Position numbers and translations under genes: made by a program. Of a stretch of 64,000 bases of DNA, positions 19,308 through 27,751 are shown piece after piece. The notes beneath the pieces are model-generated. The model made no database searches. It was given only the letters and a program-made list of their open reading frames with translations, and was not told the origin of the DNA. The stretch's first letter is position 1; each line of letters begins with the position of its first letter. Source of the stretch: a virus (Duplodnaviria; Heunggongvirae; Uroviricota; Caudoviricetes); the IMG/VR virus record IMGVR_UViG_3300044878_000136, positions 61,232-125,231 of that record. One strand, written 5' to 3'.

Positions 19308-21386
19308 ATGAGTACGCCAGAATCCCTTCTCAAGATGGATTCTTTGGATGCGGTTAAGCAGGTCCTATTGGACAACCTGCCAGCCTGGGTAAAGAAAGAA
19401 TGGCTCGTTGTTGAGGGCATTCGACCTAAGGGTGCACCGTTCCCCAAAGACGCTCTGGCGGAGATGACGTTCAGTAGCTTCTACGCGCCACCTGCAATCA
19501 GTGCCAAGTTCAAGGATCCCTTGACCTTTCAGTTCCGTCGATTGGATCTTTCCGAGTTTCTAGCGGGAGTCGACAAGACTGTAAAGTTCAAGGGGTTGGT
19601 GAGCTCGGTCGACATCCTCAGTCGATTGTTAGCGAAGCACGATATCCCGGTTAGCCAAGCAGACGTGGATTTTTTCATGACTGAAGCTGCCGGGGAGTAC
19701 GTCATCACTGCCCCGTCTACCTCACCACGTTGGGTGGGGTCGATTGCTTTACAGCTGGTTCGCGAAGCATACCTCCTCAAAGAGTTCTTCTCGAATGCTG
19801 CTATCTATATCCCATTCTCGCCGAGTTTCCGCTCAGACGACTTCTTAAAGGTCTTGCTGAAAGCGATAGAGAACCACAACTCGTCGTACGAAGAACCCTA
19901 CAAGCTTAGGCCTGAGGATTTCCGCATTACCGCAGGCCCAACTGTTATCGAACCTGATGACACGGGTCTGAACACCAAGATTACATTGACAGGCATCGGT
20001 GGTGATTTCACCGGGTCGATGGACTTCATCTACCAGCGTAAATCGTACACCCCAACCTACCGCCATGCTGTTAAGGTGGCTACGGGCGGGACACCGACGC
20101 GCGAGAAGGTACTGGATGCCATCAACTTCAAGTACGACACTGGTCTGGTTGAAAGCGACATTGCCAACTGGGATTCCCTCCCAGCCAGCATAGTTGAGAA
20201 GGGGACTTATCGCCTGATCACTGTACCTGATTCCTTGACGACGGTCGGCGACATCTATGTCGAACTGATCATCTACGACGAATCGAACCAGATCGACTTG
20301 CAGACAGAGATCTTCGACGAAGTGCTGGATGGCTTCATCCTGACTCACACCTGCAAGATGTCGCTTGAATTGCTTGCACCGAACAAAGAACTGGACGGCT
20401 TTATTCCTCCGTACGCCAAACCTGATGTCTCGGTCTGCACCACTGTGCCGTACCTGGATGGGTTCACCAGTACGAAGAAACGTCCGATCGCTGAATACAC
20501 GAAGGTTCCGTTCCTTGACGGCTTTGATAGCGTGAAGGGCAGGGTCATCAGTGAAGTCACACCGTTGCCGTTCCTTGACGGGTTCAGCAGCGATAAGAAA
20601 CGTTCACTCCCAGAACGCATCCGCGAACGTGAGTTGGACGGCTTCGATGGCTACAAGCTCAAACTCCTCAATGAGGTGTATACTGAGCCTTCGCTGGATG
20701 GCTTCGATTCCCTCAAACGTAAACCGCTGTCTGAAGTGCTCTACATCCGTAAGCTGGATGGTTGGGACGCTGACACACGTCTACCGCTCACGGAAGTCTT
20801 GGTCACCACCAAGCTTAACGGGTTCGAGTCGGATAAGAAGCACTCGATCGCTAACGAGTTGGAAACCACTAAACAGGATGGCTTTGACAGCGATAAGCTG
20901 AAACTGCTGACTGAAGTGGTAGTCACCCCTGGCCTCGATGGTTTCGAATCGGATAAACGTCACCTGTTGTCCGAGCAGATCCCAGTCCCTGCGCTTGACG
21001 GTTACGATAGCGACAAGCTGAAGCTGCTGACCGAAGTCCTGGAACCTGATCAGGATGGATTCGAGTCCGATAAGCTGTATCTGCTTTCTGAGCAGGTACC
21101 GACTCCGGCACTTGATGGTTATGACAGCGACAAGCTGAAGCTATTGTCTGAAGTGGTGGAATCGCTTGACGGCTTCGAGGGTAAAACCAAGCACCGTCTG
21201 AGCCAAGCTCTTGCTATCCGTAAACTGCCAGGCTTCGAGTCTGATAAGCTGAAGAAACTCTCGGAAGTGTTTGTACCGAAAGTCGACGGCTTTGAAGGTA
21301 AGGGTCCTGACGGCATGGACCTGAGCAAGATCATCACGAAGACTAAGGTTGAGGGTCTGAACTACCCAACACCGCCTACCCCGTAA
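19308..21386 (+). CDS. Virion protein: N-terminal stalk-type domains + 18 tandem ~20-aa LDGF repeats
   Basis: FQFRRLDL and FIYQRK stalk-family motifs; repeats visible in the translation; ATG at 19308 follows SD gagg. Confidence 0.7.
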   Translation: MSTPESLLKMDSLDAVKQVLLDNLPAWVKKEWLVVEGIRPKGAPFPKDALAEMTFSSFYAPPAISAKFKDPLTFQFRRLDLSEFLAGVDKTVKFKGLVSSVDILSRLLAKHDIPVSQADVDFFMTEAAGEYVITAPSTSPRWVGSIALQLVREAYLLKEFFSNAAIYIPFSPSFRSDDFLKVLLKAIENHNSSYEEPYKLRPEDFRITAGPTVIEPDDTGLNTKITLTGIGGDFTGSMDFIYQRKSYTPTYRHAVKVATGGTPTREKVLDAINFKYDTGLVESDIANWDSLPASIVEKGTYRLITVPDSLTTVGDIYVELIIYDESNQIDLQTEIFDEVLDGFILTHTCKMSLELLAPNKELDGFIPPYAKPDVSVCTTVPYLDGFTSTKKRPIAEYTKVPFLDGFDSVKGRVISEVTPLPFLDGFSSDKKRSLPERIRERELDGFDGYKLKLLNEVYTEPSLDGFDSLKRKPLSEVLYIRKLDGWDADTRLPLTEVLVTTKLNGFESDKKHSIANELETTKQDGFDSDKLKLLTEVVVTPGLDGFESDKRHLLSEQIPVPALDGYDSDKLKLLTEVLEPDQDGFESDKLYLLSEQVPTPALDGYDSDKLKLLSEVVESLDGFEGKTKHRLSQALAIRKLPGFESDKLKKLSEVFVPKVDGFEGKGPDGMDLSKIITKTKVEGLNYPTPPTP
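20296..21386 (+). repeat. In-frame tandem repeat, ~60-nt period (L-x-E-V-x5-LDGF-x-SDK)
   Basis: 18 degenerate copies counted by eye, e.g. ...gacagcgataagctgaaactgctg... and ...gatagcgacaagctgaagctgctg... Confidence 0.85.
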
Positions 21387-21400
21387 CAGGACGATGAACG

Positions 21401-21856
21401 ATGGACACGATCAGTGAAGTGCCCTTCCATCGTATCGAACGCTATGTCAAGTACCCTCCGGTGGAGGGTTTCTTGATCATGGTGAATGACGCCTTTAACC
21501 TGCGTCTAAGACCGGAGTTTGCAAAAGCTACGGTCATCGAATCCGATGGTGTGAATGCCGTCGCCTTGATCGAAACGTTCGACTCCATCAGTGAAGCAGT
21601 GCCCCGTGTTCACACGGGGTCTCTCACGGTGCGGTACAAGCGTCTCGATATGAGTGAATGGTTTACTGCCACCAAACTCAAGGTAAAGGCCCCAACCAAC
21701 ACGTCAGTCATCCTGAACCTCCTCCGTACCAACGACAGCTACTATTTGACTGCCAACGACATCGTTGCGGATAACTCGCTTGAGCAAGTGTCCACGATCG
21801 AGGCAGCCGAGCAGTCGTTGTTCTGGTGGGGTTCATTCCTGGTTGAGCTGTCGTAA
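21401..21856 (+). CDS. Stalk-family (Y-x-R-L-D) virion protein
   Basis: VRYKRLDM; C-terminal AAEQSLFWWGSF pattern shared with the array. Confidence 0.65.
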   Translation: MDTISEVPFHRIERYVKYPPVEGFLIMVNDAFNLRLRPEFAKATVIESDGVNAVALIETFDSISEAVPRVHTGSLTVRYKRLDMSEWFTATKLKVKAPTNTSVILNLLRTNDSYYLTANDIVADNSLEQVSTIEAAEQSLFWWGSFLVELS

Positions 21857-21872
21857 TTCAGAGATCAGATAG

Positions 21873-22919
21873 ATGAGTAACTGCGATTACCCTCTGAATC
21901 GTTTCAATAAGCCCAGCAAGCAATTGCTGGTTGAGATGATCAACGCGTTTAACGGGGCCAGTCTGAAAGCCGATCAGCTGATCTTCGGTACTCCTGTACC
22001 GGTACAGGATGATGGCAAGACCAACATCACGGTCAAGTTCCAGACCAACACCGGCTGGTCGCTGGATTCACGGATCATCACTTACTACCGCATCGAGGCT
22101 ACCCGCCACGAGCAGTTGAGTCGTCTGGTGCTCCACGCTGAATCCCTACCTGATACTCCGGCCTTGCTGGACGCCATCTTTCAACAGACCGGCGTTCTGC
22201 TGGAACCTGAACTCATTGAAGTGCAGGAGATCTTCGGTGGACTGGATGCTGATCAGTCGGACATCACCAACCGTGTGAAGCAGCCGTTCCTTCAAGGCTT
22301 TGATGAAGTGCCTGCGGTGCCGTTCGTGCATGATCCTGACCTGGACCGTAACTTCAAGATCAGCTTCAAACCTGACCACTTGATCTTCTTCGGCAGCATC
22401 GTCGTGATCGTGCGCCCTGCAATCAACTTGCTGGGTAACAACATCGCACGTCGCATGGACTTCCGTGACTTCTATAAGGACGGCGTCTTCGGACGACCTC
22501 CGGTTGACCTGTATATCCCTCAGGGTGTCTTGTTGGTCGGCCCGCAGCATTCGACGGTCATTGGGGATAGCAAGCAGACGCAAGCCTATCTCTATGAACA
22601 GAAGGCTGGTCCTATCGTCGCGATCGATAGCCAACTCCACGATATCCTGGATCGGCTGACCAGCGACCTTTGGCGTTACGTCCCTGACGCCACAGTGGAT
22701 TTCAATATTTACAACAGTACCATCCTCTATAACGGGTTGGTCTCACCAGAATACAGCGCAGACGATCCACGCTACAGCTACGTCATGGTCATCCAGTTGG
22801 GTGATAAGTGCCGTAACCTGAGCGGGGTGTTGCGGATTGGCTACCGGTACTCTTCCCCTGCCGTGCCGGCAAACCACCAAATCAACGCAGCGTCCGCTAC
22901 GCCACTTTTCCAACATTGA
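21873..22919 (+). CDS. Stalk-family two-domain virion protein
   Basis: KQLLVEMINAFNG, ITYYRIE, FLQGFD; C-terminal ILYNG...YSYVMVIQL domain. Confidence 0.7.
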   Translation: MSNCDYPLNRFNKPSKQLLVEMINAFNGASLKADQLIFGTPVPVQDDGKTNITVKFQTNTGWSLDSRIITYYRIEATRHEQLSRLVLHAESLPDTPALLDAIFQQTGVLLEPELIEVQEIFGGLDADQSDITNRVKQPFLQGFDEVPAVPFVHDPDLDRNFKISFKPDHLIFFGSIVVIVRPAINLLGNNIARRMDFRDFYKDGVFGRPPVDLYIPQGVLLVGPQHSTVIGDSKQTQAYLYEQKAGPIVAIDSQLHDILDRLTSDLWRYVPDATVDFNIYNSTILYNGLVSPEYSADDPRYSYVMVIQLGDKCRNLSGVLRIGYRYSSPAVPANHQINAASATPLFQH

Positions 22920-22928
22920 GGTTGATCC

Positions 22929-23804
22929 GTGAACACTATTCAATCCACCCTGTATGGTGCCAAGACTCTGGTCCACCTCCTCCTGGGTCACACGCCGGTC
23001 ATCCCGTCGCGTACTACCTTTAACGAGCGTCTGGGTATCCAAGACGCCGCTGTCCCGCAGAACAACGAGAAAGTTTATCTCGGTGTAATGACCGTGGGCA
23101 ACAAAGGTCACCGCGCTGTCGTGGGCGATGGTGGTATCGCGCTGACTTCGGTCATCGACCACCTGGCGAACCACGCGTCGACTTACAACCCGGTGCCATT
23201 CGCACTGCGTCGTATCGACGATGACCTGCCAAAGGCCTTGCGTGATCGCCTGTGCCTGCGTAAGGAGATGATGGTCAGTGGCGTGAACTACTACGGCTAC
23301 TTCGGCTACCGGATGGATATCGATCCGGCTGACGTGACTGTGGTGATGAAGAAGATCACCGTAGAGAACGGTCAGACCACCGAAGAAGTCTTCACCCCGA
23401 CTACTGCTGACCTCTACCCTGAACCGGTTGAGCTGCCAGTCAAGGGCGCGGTGTCTACCACTGACGTCAGCCTGTCGGTTAGCTGCGTGATCCGCGTACG
23501 CCTGGATGAGATCATGATCCAGGAGTTCATCAACGCTGCCAAGATCATGCACAACGGCGATGAGCGCTACGCCATCATGTCGGAGTTCGCACTCTGCACA
23601 GCCGCTGACCGCACCATCTCCGTTCCGAGTACTTCCGGCCAGGTTAACTTCCTCGAAGCGATCGGCGTTACCGCCTACAGCTACTCGATGGACCACAAGG
23701 CACTGTACTACAACAGCCAAGAGCTGACGTTGGACTTTGACTTGGGTAACCAGCTGCCGCTGTTGGGCACTGCGTCGATCCCGACGCTGGAAGTCATTCC
23801 TTAG
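22929..23804 (+). CDS. Virion/baseplate structural protein (phiKZ gp127-like), GTG start
   Basis: T-x-NE, GNKGH, PF-x-x-R-x-x-x-x-DL, Y-x-x-Y-x-x motifs; synteny. Confidence 0.6.
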   Translation: MNTIQSTLYGAKTLVHLLLGHTPVIPSRTTFNERLGIQDAAVPQNNEKVYLGVMTVGNKGHRAVVGDGGIALTSVIDHLANHASTYNPVPFALRRIDDDLPKALRDRLCLRKEMMVSGVNYYGYFGYRMDIDPADVTVVMKKITVENGQTTEEVFTPTTADLYPEPVELPVKGAVSTTDVSLSVSCVIRVRLDEIMIQEFINAAKIMHNGDERYAIMSEFALCTAADRTISVPSTSGQVNFLEAIGVTAYSYSMDHKALYYNSQELTLDFDLGNQLPLLGTASIPTLEVIP

Positions 23805-23809
23805 TTTGC

Positions 23810-23844
23810 GCATAGGAGGCCACTGGGGCTAACACCCCAGTGGC
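23810..23844. terminator. Hairpin terminator with TATGC on minus
   Basis: gccactgggg-ctaaca-ccccagtggc preceded by gcata. Confidence 0.65.
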
Positions 23845-23851
23845 ATTGTGT

Positions 23852-24502
23852 ATGTTCATAAATTTCGATGCTGATGATTCATGGAAGTTCCGAGTTCTGG
23901 GTATCGACAACGGCACGAATACTGTCGGCATCGTTATCCTTGAGCATGACATCCGTACGGGTGTCAGTCTTGTTACACGCGCTGAGACGTTCAAGGCGGA
24001 CCGCACGTCGGGTTACTTGTACCCTGACATGAATTTTTACGAAGATACGCTTGTAGCGCGCCTCAAGACGATTCAGCGGTATATGCGCACGGTGCTCGAG
24101 GACGAAGATCCCGACTCTGTGGCCATTGAGACACCATTTGCCCGTCGCGCATTCGTGAGTAGTTACAAAGCGTTATCCATGTCGCTTGATTATATCCAGA
24201 CAGCTGTGTATGATTATCGACCTGGCTTAGAGTTCGTCGGGATTTCTCCTTATACAGCCAAGGCCGCTGTAATTCCAAAAGGGAGCAATTTCAAAACGGA
24301 GAAGGATTACATCCGTGACTGTATTCTTGCAGACCCCACGATTGTTGCAGTGGACGGTATCAACCTGAGGACTCTGGACGAGCACTCGATTGACGCCATC
24401 GCTGTAGCTAGGGCCGTGGCTTTGCGAGAGAACCTGGGTCCACGTTTGTTGTGGTACGGTTCGAAATACCCCGACGGCATAGATCTGATGAGGGCGGACT
24501 AA
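23852..24502 (+). CDS. ruvC: RuvC-like Holliday junction resolvase
   Basis: VLGIDNGT, VAIETPF, SPYTAKAAV and DEHSIDAIAVA acidic catalytic motifs. The ORF-track GTG at 23840 lies inside a hairpin. Confidence 0.85.
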   Translation: MFINFDADDSWKFRVLGIDNGTNTVGIVILEHDIRTGVSLVTRAETFKADRTSGYLYPDMNFYEDTLVARLKTIQRYMRTVLEDEDPDSVAIETPFARRAFVSSYKALSMSLDYIQTAVYDYRPGLEFVGISPYTAKAAVIPKGSNFKTEKDYIRDCILADPTIVAVDGINLRTLDEHSIDAIAVARAVALRENLGPRLLWYGSKYPDGIDLMRAD

Positions 24503-24530
24503 CGCTCTCACGCAATAAGGGGTTTCCTGG

Positions 24531-24965
24531 ATGAAAATCGAAGATGCTTTAAATTTGATGGGCAGGAACCCGGCGGTGGACTTCCCTTGGGAAGAAGCGT
24601 TGATTGGATTGGTCAACAGCTTCCTGAATGCGGATGCTCAGTTGGACCCCCGCACCGCAACGGCGATGGAAATTAAGTCGGCCCTGTCGACTTTAGATGC
24701 CGTGACGCAACAGATGGTTTTGGTAACATCTGTGGGAGGACAAGTATCCTTGCAGTCTGATACGCCGGTTAGTGATGCCGGTGGCAAGACCGACAAAACG
24801 CGTCGACACTTCGCAGCATTTATGGGCTTTGGAGCAACCGTCTGCATTGTTGCCCTTATCCTCGCCAGTGGCGTAGGGAATGGGACAAACACGGAAGCGG
24901 TGGTTGAGATCACCAAGTTGATCGTTGAGATCATGAAGTTGTTGTCACCCGTTCCTACGACGTAG
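24531..24965 (+). CDS. Small membrane-associated virion-type protein (phiKZ gp126-like by size and synteny)
   Basis: 144 aa; C-terminal hydrophobic helix FAAFMGFGATVCIVALILASG. Confidence 0.55.
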   Translation: MKIEDALNLMGRNPAVDFPWEEALIGLVNSFLNADAQLDPRTATAMEIKSALSTLDAVTQQMVLVTSVGGQVSLQSDTPVSDAGGKTDKTRRHFAAFMGFGATVCIVALILASGVGNGTNTEAVVEITKLIVEIMKLLSPVPTT

Positions 24966-24971
24966 GAGCAC

Positions 24972-25012
24972 AGACACCTACTGGGCGCAAACCCAGTAGG
25001 TGTCTTTATGCT
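24972..25012 (+). terminator. Hairpin + TATGC terminator between convergent genes
   Basis: 14-bp stem agacacctactggg/cccagtaggtgtct, then ttatgctgt. Confidence 0.8.
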
Positions 25013-25014
25013 GT

Positions 25015-25674
25015 TTAGATCAACTCGTTGTCCGAGCGGAAGTATTTGGCGTACAGCTTGCCAATACGATCGCGCAGTTCTGGATCGGCCTTCTTACCTT
25101 CCGGGGTGACGATGATGATCTCTTCGCACTCGAATGGAATGTCCTCGGGGAGGATACGAGTCCCCGGCTGGACTTCGGCATCGATCTTGGTCCATGGCAC
25201 CAGCTCATTAGCCTTGTTACGGAACACGTCCACTTGGTAGACGATATCAGTGGCAATGGATTCCAGATGATGAGGAACGTTGTAGCGGATCTTCTTGAGA
25301 CCCTGATCGGCCGCTTGGCGGAACTGATCGAACTGATCACGACAGGAGTCGTGTTCGACTTCCTTACGACCCAGTTCACCAGCATCCGTCTTGGAGCAGA
25401 ACACGTAACCCGGCTCCTCGTTCACCAGCTGCGTCATACGGACGCGAATGCCCATACTGGCGGCATTCTTATCGGTCTTGGGAATCCAGCAGCCCCACTG
25501 CTCTTGTAGCTCGTGAGAGGAGGCTTTCTGCACTACCTCATCTGGGTTCTTGAGCCGAACGTAGATTTCGATCTCGTATTCATTACCGGTGGCCTCTGTG
25601 GACACTTCGGATTGGTCGAAGCGATGAAAGGCCAACTGCTCAATCAAACATTCCTTCATACTGACTCCATACAC
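25015..25674 (-). CDS. CYTH-superfamily (triphosphate tunnel) protein
   Basis: EYEIE (ExE), IRVR, CSKT, KEVE, KKIRY, QVDVF and IDAEV motifs in CYTH order. Confidence 0.7.
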   Translation of the reverse strand: MYGVSMKECLIEQLAFHRFDQSEVSTEATGNEYEIEIYVRLKNPDEVVQKASSHELQEQWGCWIPKTDKNAASMGIRVRMTQLVNEEPGYVFCSKTDAGELGRKEVEHDSCRDQFDQFRQAADQGLKKIRYNVPHHLESIATDIVYQVDVFRNKANELVPWTKIDAEVQPGTRILPEDIPFECEEIIIVTPEGKKADPELRDRIGKLYAKYFRSDNELI

Positions 25675-25807
25675 AAAAAAAGAAGGTACCAGCGAGGCTC
25701 CCGTAGGAGCCTCTGTGGATTCGACTAACGTTTGTGTAAGCTGTTAGGGGTTGGTGGGATCAATGACTCGATCGACACTTCGCAGGGTAGAAGATCGAGT
25801 CACCAGG

Positions 25808-27724
25808 TTACTTGGCCGCAACCAAGATGAAGTTTTCTTTACGAGCTGCGAAAGGAATCAGTTCCAGCACAGCACCGTCGTTGGTGTTGATGAAGACGCG
25901 GCAAGCACCGGTGCTCGGCGCTTTCTCGTCCAGTTTGTTGTACAGACCGCGGACGACAGTAGACAGGCTAGCGTCGGTGGTTTGGGTGATGCTTGCACCG
26001 GTTTCCATTTCCAGCAGCTGACGGCCAACGCCCAGCAGATCCAGAGTGGAGTCCAGGCCGATAACGGCGGTGTAATCCAGGAACACAACAGCAGGCAGAT
26101 CGGCGTCAGGTTGCTCGGTGAAGGCAGAGATGTCTTCACGGGCAGCAATAGCGCAGGCCATTGGGATGATGTACGAAGTGCGCTGAGCAAAGTCGGAAGC
26201 AAAGCCTTCGCCTTTGGTGGTTTCCAGGTGAGCGATCAGTTTCTCCCAGTCGTTGGCGAACGACATGGCTTTCACCGAGTTGTGCTGGAACTGGAAGCGA
26301 ACGGCACGCAGGACCAGGTCCGAGAAGCGCTTGTTCAGTTCATTCCACAGGGCGACGTCGAAGTCAGCCTTCAGATCACGCAGGGCTTGCGCAGCAGCCG
26401 ACAGGTTGTTGCTGTCGTAGATACGCTTGACCAGATCTTCCTGAGCCCAGGAGCTGACCATCTGAGCGGTGTGACGGTAGCAGATGTTCAGACGCTGAGC
26501 GTCTTTACCTGGGTACATCTTCATGCGGGTGTTGAACACCAGGCCGTTGATGGTTTCGCCCAGCGGCGCACCGTTTTCACCGATGTTGAACTGATCAGTC
26601 GGCAGACGGCCCAGCGATTCGCCCAAGTTGGTGACCTGAGGTTTCGCGTCGACTTCATTCAGATCGTCACCGGCGTCAGTAACTTTCGGCCCAGAGAGGG
26701 AGACCGCCGGAGTGTTGCGACGGTTTTCGGACTGGTAGCGCTCAGGCTGCATTTGTCCTTCGTGGGCCAGGTAGCGATTATCTTGAGTCACTTTAACGAT
26801 CTCCTCACGGACTTTGCCGTCTGCATTCTTTACGTGGTACTTAATGTGGGTACGAACATCGTACAGTTTCGGCACGCTGGCCAGTGGGTTGTTGTAGTCG
26901 AACGGAATCTTCCAGCCCGACTTGGAAGCTACCTTCCAGTGTTCACCATCCTGCAAGAACTCGTCGTGAGGACGCGCCTTGGTGTAGTCAGGACCTTCCA
27001 GCAATGGACGGGTCTCAACCGGTGGATGGATTGGCGAGTCAGCCACAATAGGCTTGGCAGCCGCAGGACGACGGGATTCTTCACGAACCACTTCTTCCGT
27101 CTCACGCGCTTCAGCCGCATCGCGAGCTTGTTCTGCCCAATGATCACCAGCAGCGACCTTCGTGCGTGCTGCACGTTGGTTGCGCCAGCCGCCACCGCTG
27201 CCAGAGCTGGTACGACCCAGGTTCTCGGTACGGCCACGATCACCACGATCGCTACGGCCACCACGACTGTAACCAGTACCACCACGGTTATCACGGTCAT
27301 CGCGACCACCACGGCCACGATCACGTCCGCCGCGGCTACGACCGCCCAACAGGTCCTTGTACAGCTTGACCATGTCTTCCATTTCACGGAAGGTGCGGTT
27401 GTCCAGATCGTCGGCGGTACGACGGTTGCCCAACACACTGTTGGCGAAGTGGCCGTCAACGATGTCAGCGATAGCTTTCGGCAGGAAGTCTGCCAGACGG
27501 TCGTTGGAACGGGCGTATTCTTCTTCAATAGCGCCGAAGTTGTCGAACACCGAATCGATCAGCGATTCGAAGTCGCGGTTAGCAAAGTTGTTCTTGCCAA
27601 TGACGTCGGCATAGCGGATTCGCAGATCACTGGCGTCACGCTCATCAGCGCGTTCGTCAATGTACTTCACTGCTTCGTCAGCAATACCGTCCCAAAGGGC
27701 TTGTTCATCGCGGGTCATAGACAT
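25808..27724 (-). CDS. Conserved jumbo-phage hypothetical protein with an RGG/RD-rich disordered segment
   Basis: 638 aa; directly follows the nvRNAP beta gene as in phiKZ-like phages. Confidence 0.65.
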   Translation of the reverse strand: MSMTRDEQALWDGIADEAVKYIDERADERDASDLRIRYADVIGKNNFANRDFESLIDSVFDNFGAIEEEYARSNDRLADFLPKAIADIVDGHFANSVLGNRRTADDLDNRTFREMEDMVKLYKDLLGGRSRGGRDRGRGGRDDRDNRGGTGYSRGGRSDRGDRGRTENLGRTSSGSGGGWRNQRAARTKVAAGDHWAEQARDAAEARETEEVVREESRRPAAAKPIVADSPIHPPVETRPLLEGPDYTKARPHDEFLQDGEHWKVASKSGWKIPFDYNNPLASVPKLYDVRTHIKYHVKNADGKVREEIVKVTQDNRYLAHEGQMQPERYQSENRRNTPAVSLSGPKVTDAGDDLNEVDAKPQVTNLGESLGRLPTDQFNIGENGAPLGETINGLVFNTRMKMYPGKDAQRLNICYRHTAQMVSSWAQEDLVKRIYDSNNLSAAAQALRDLKADFDVALWNELNKRFSDLVLRAVRFQFQHNSVKAMSFANDWEKLIAHLETTKGEGFASDFAQRTSYIIPMACAIAAREDISAFTEQPDADLPAVVFLDYTAVIGLDSTLDLLGVGRQLLEMETGASITQTTDASLSTVVRGLYNKLDEKAPSTGACRVFINTNDGAVLELIPFAARKENFILVAAK

Positions 27725-27751
27725 GTTAGTTGCGCTCCAGATTAAATTCGA

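Noticed and set aside
20296-21386. CRISPR-like periodic repeats
   Set aside because: Degenerate, in-frame protein repeats without unique spacers or cas genes.
24531-24965. Holin
   Set aside because: Single C-terminal TM helix, 17 kb from the endolysin, and sitting in a conserved structural position; no holin-specific evidence.
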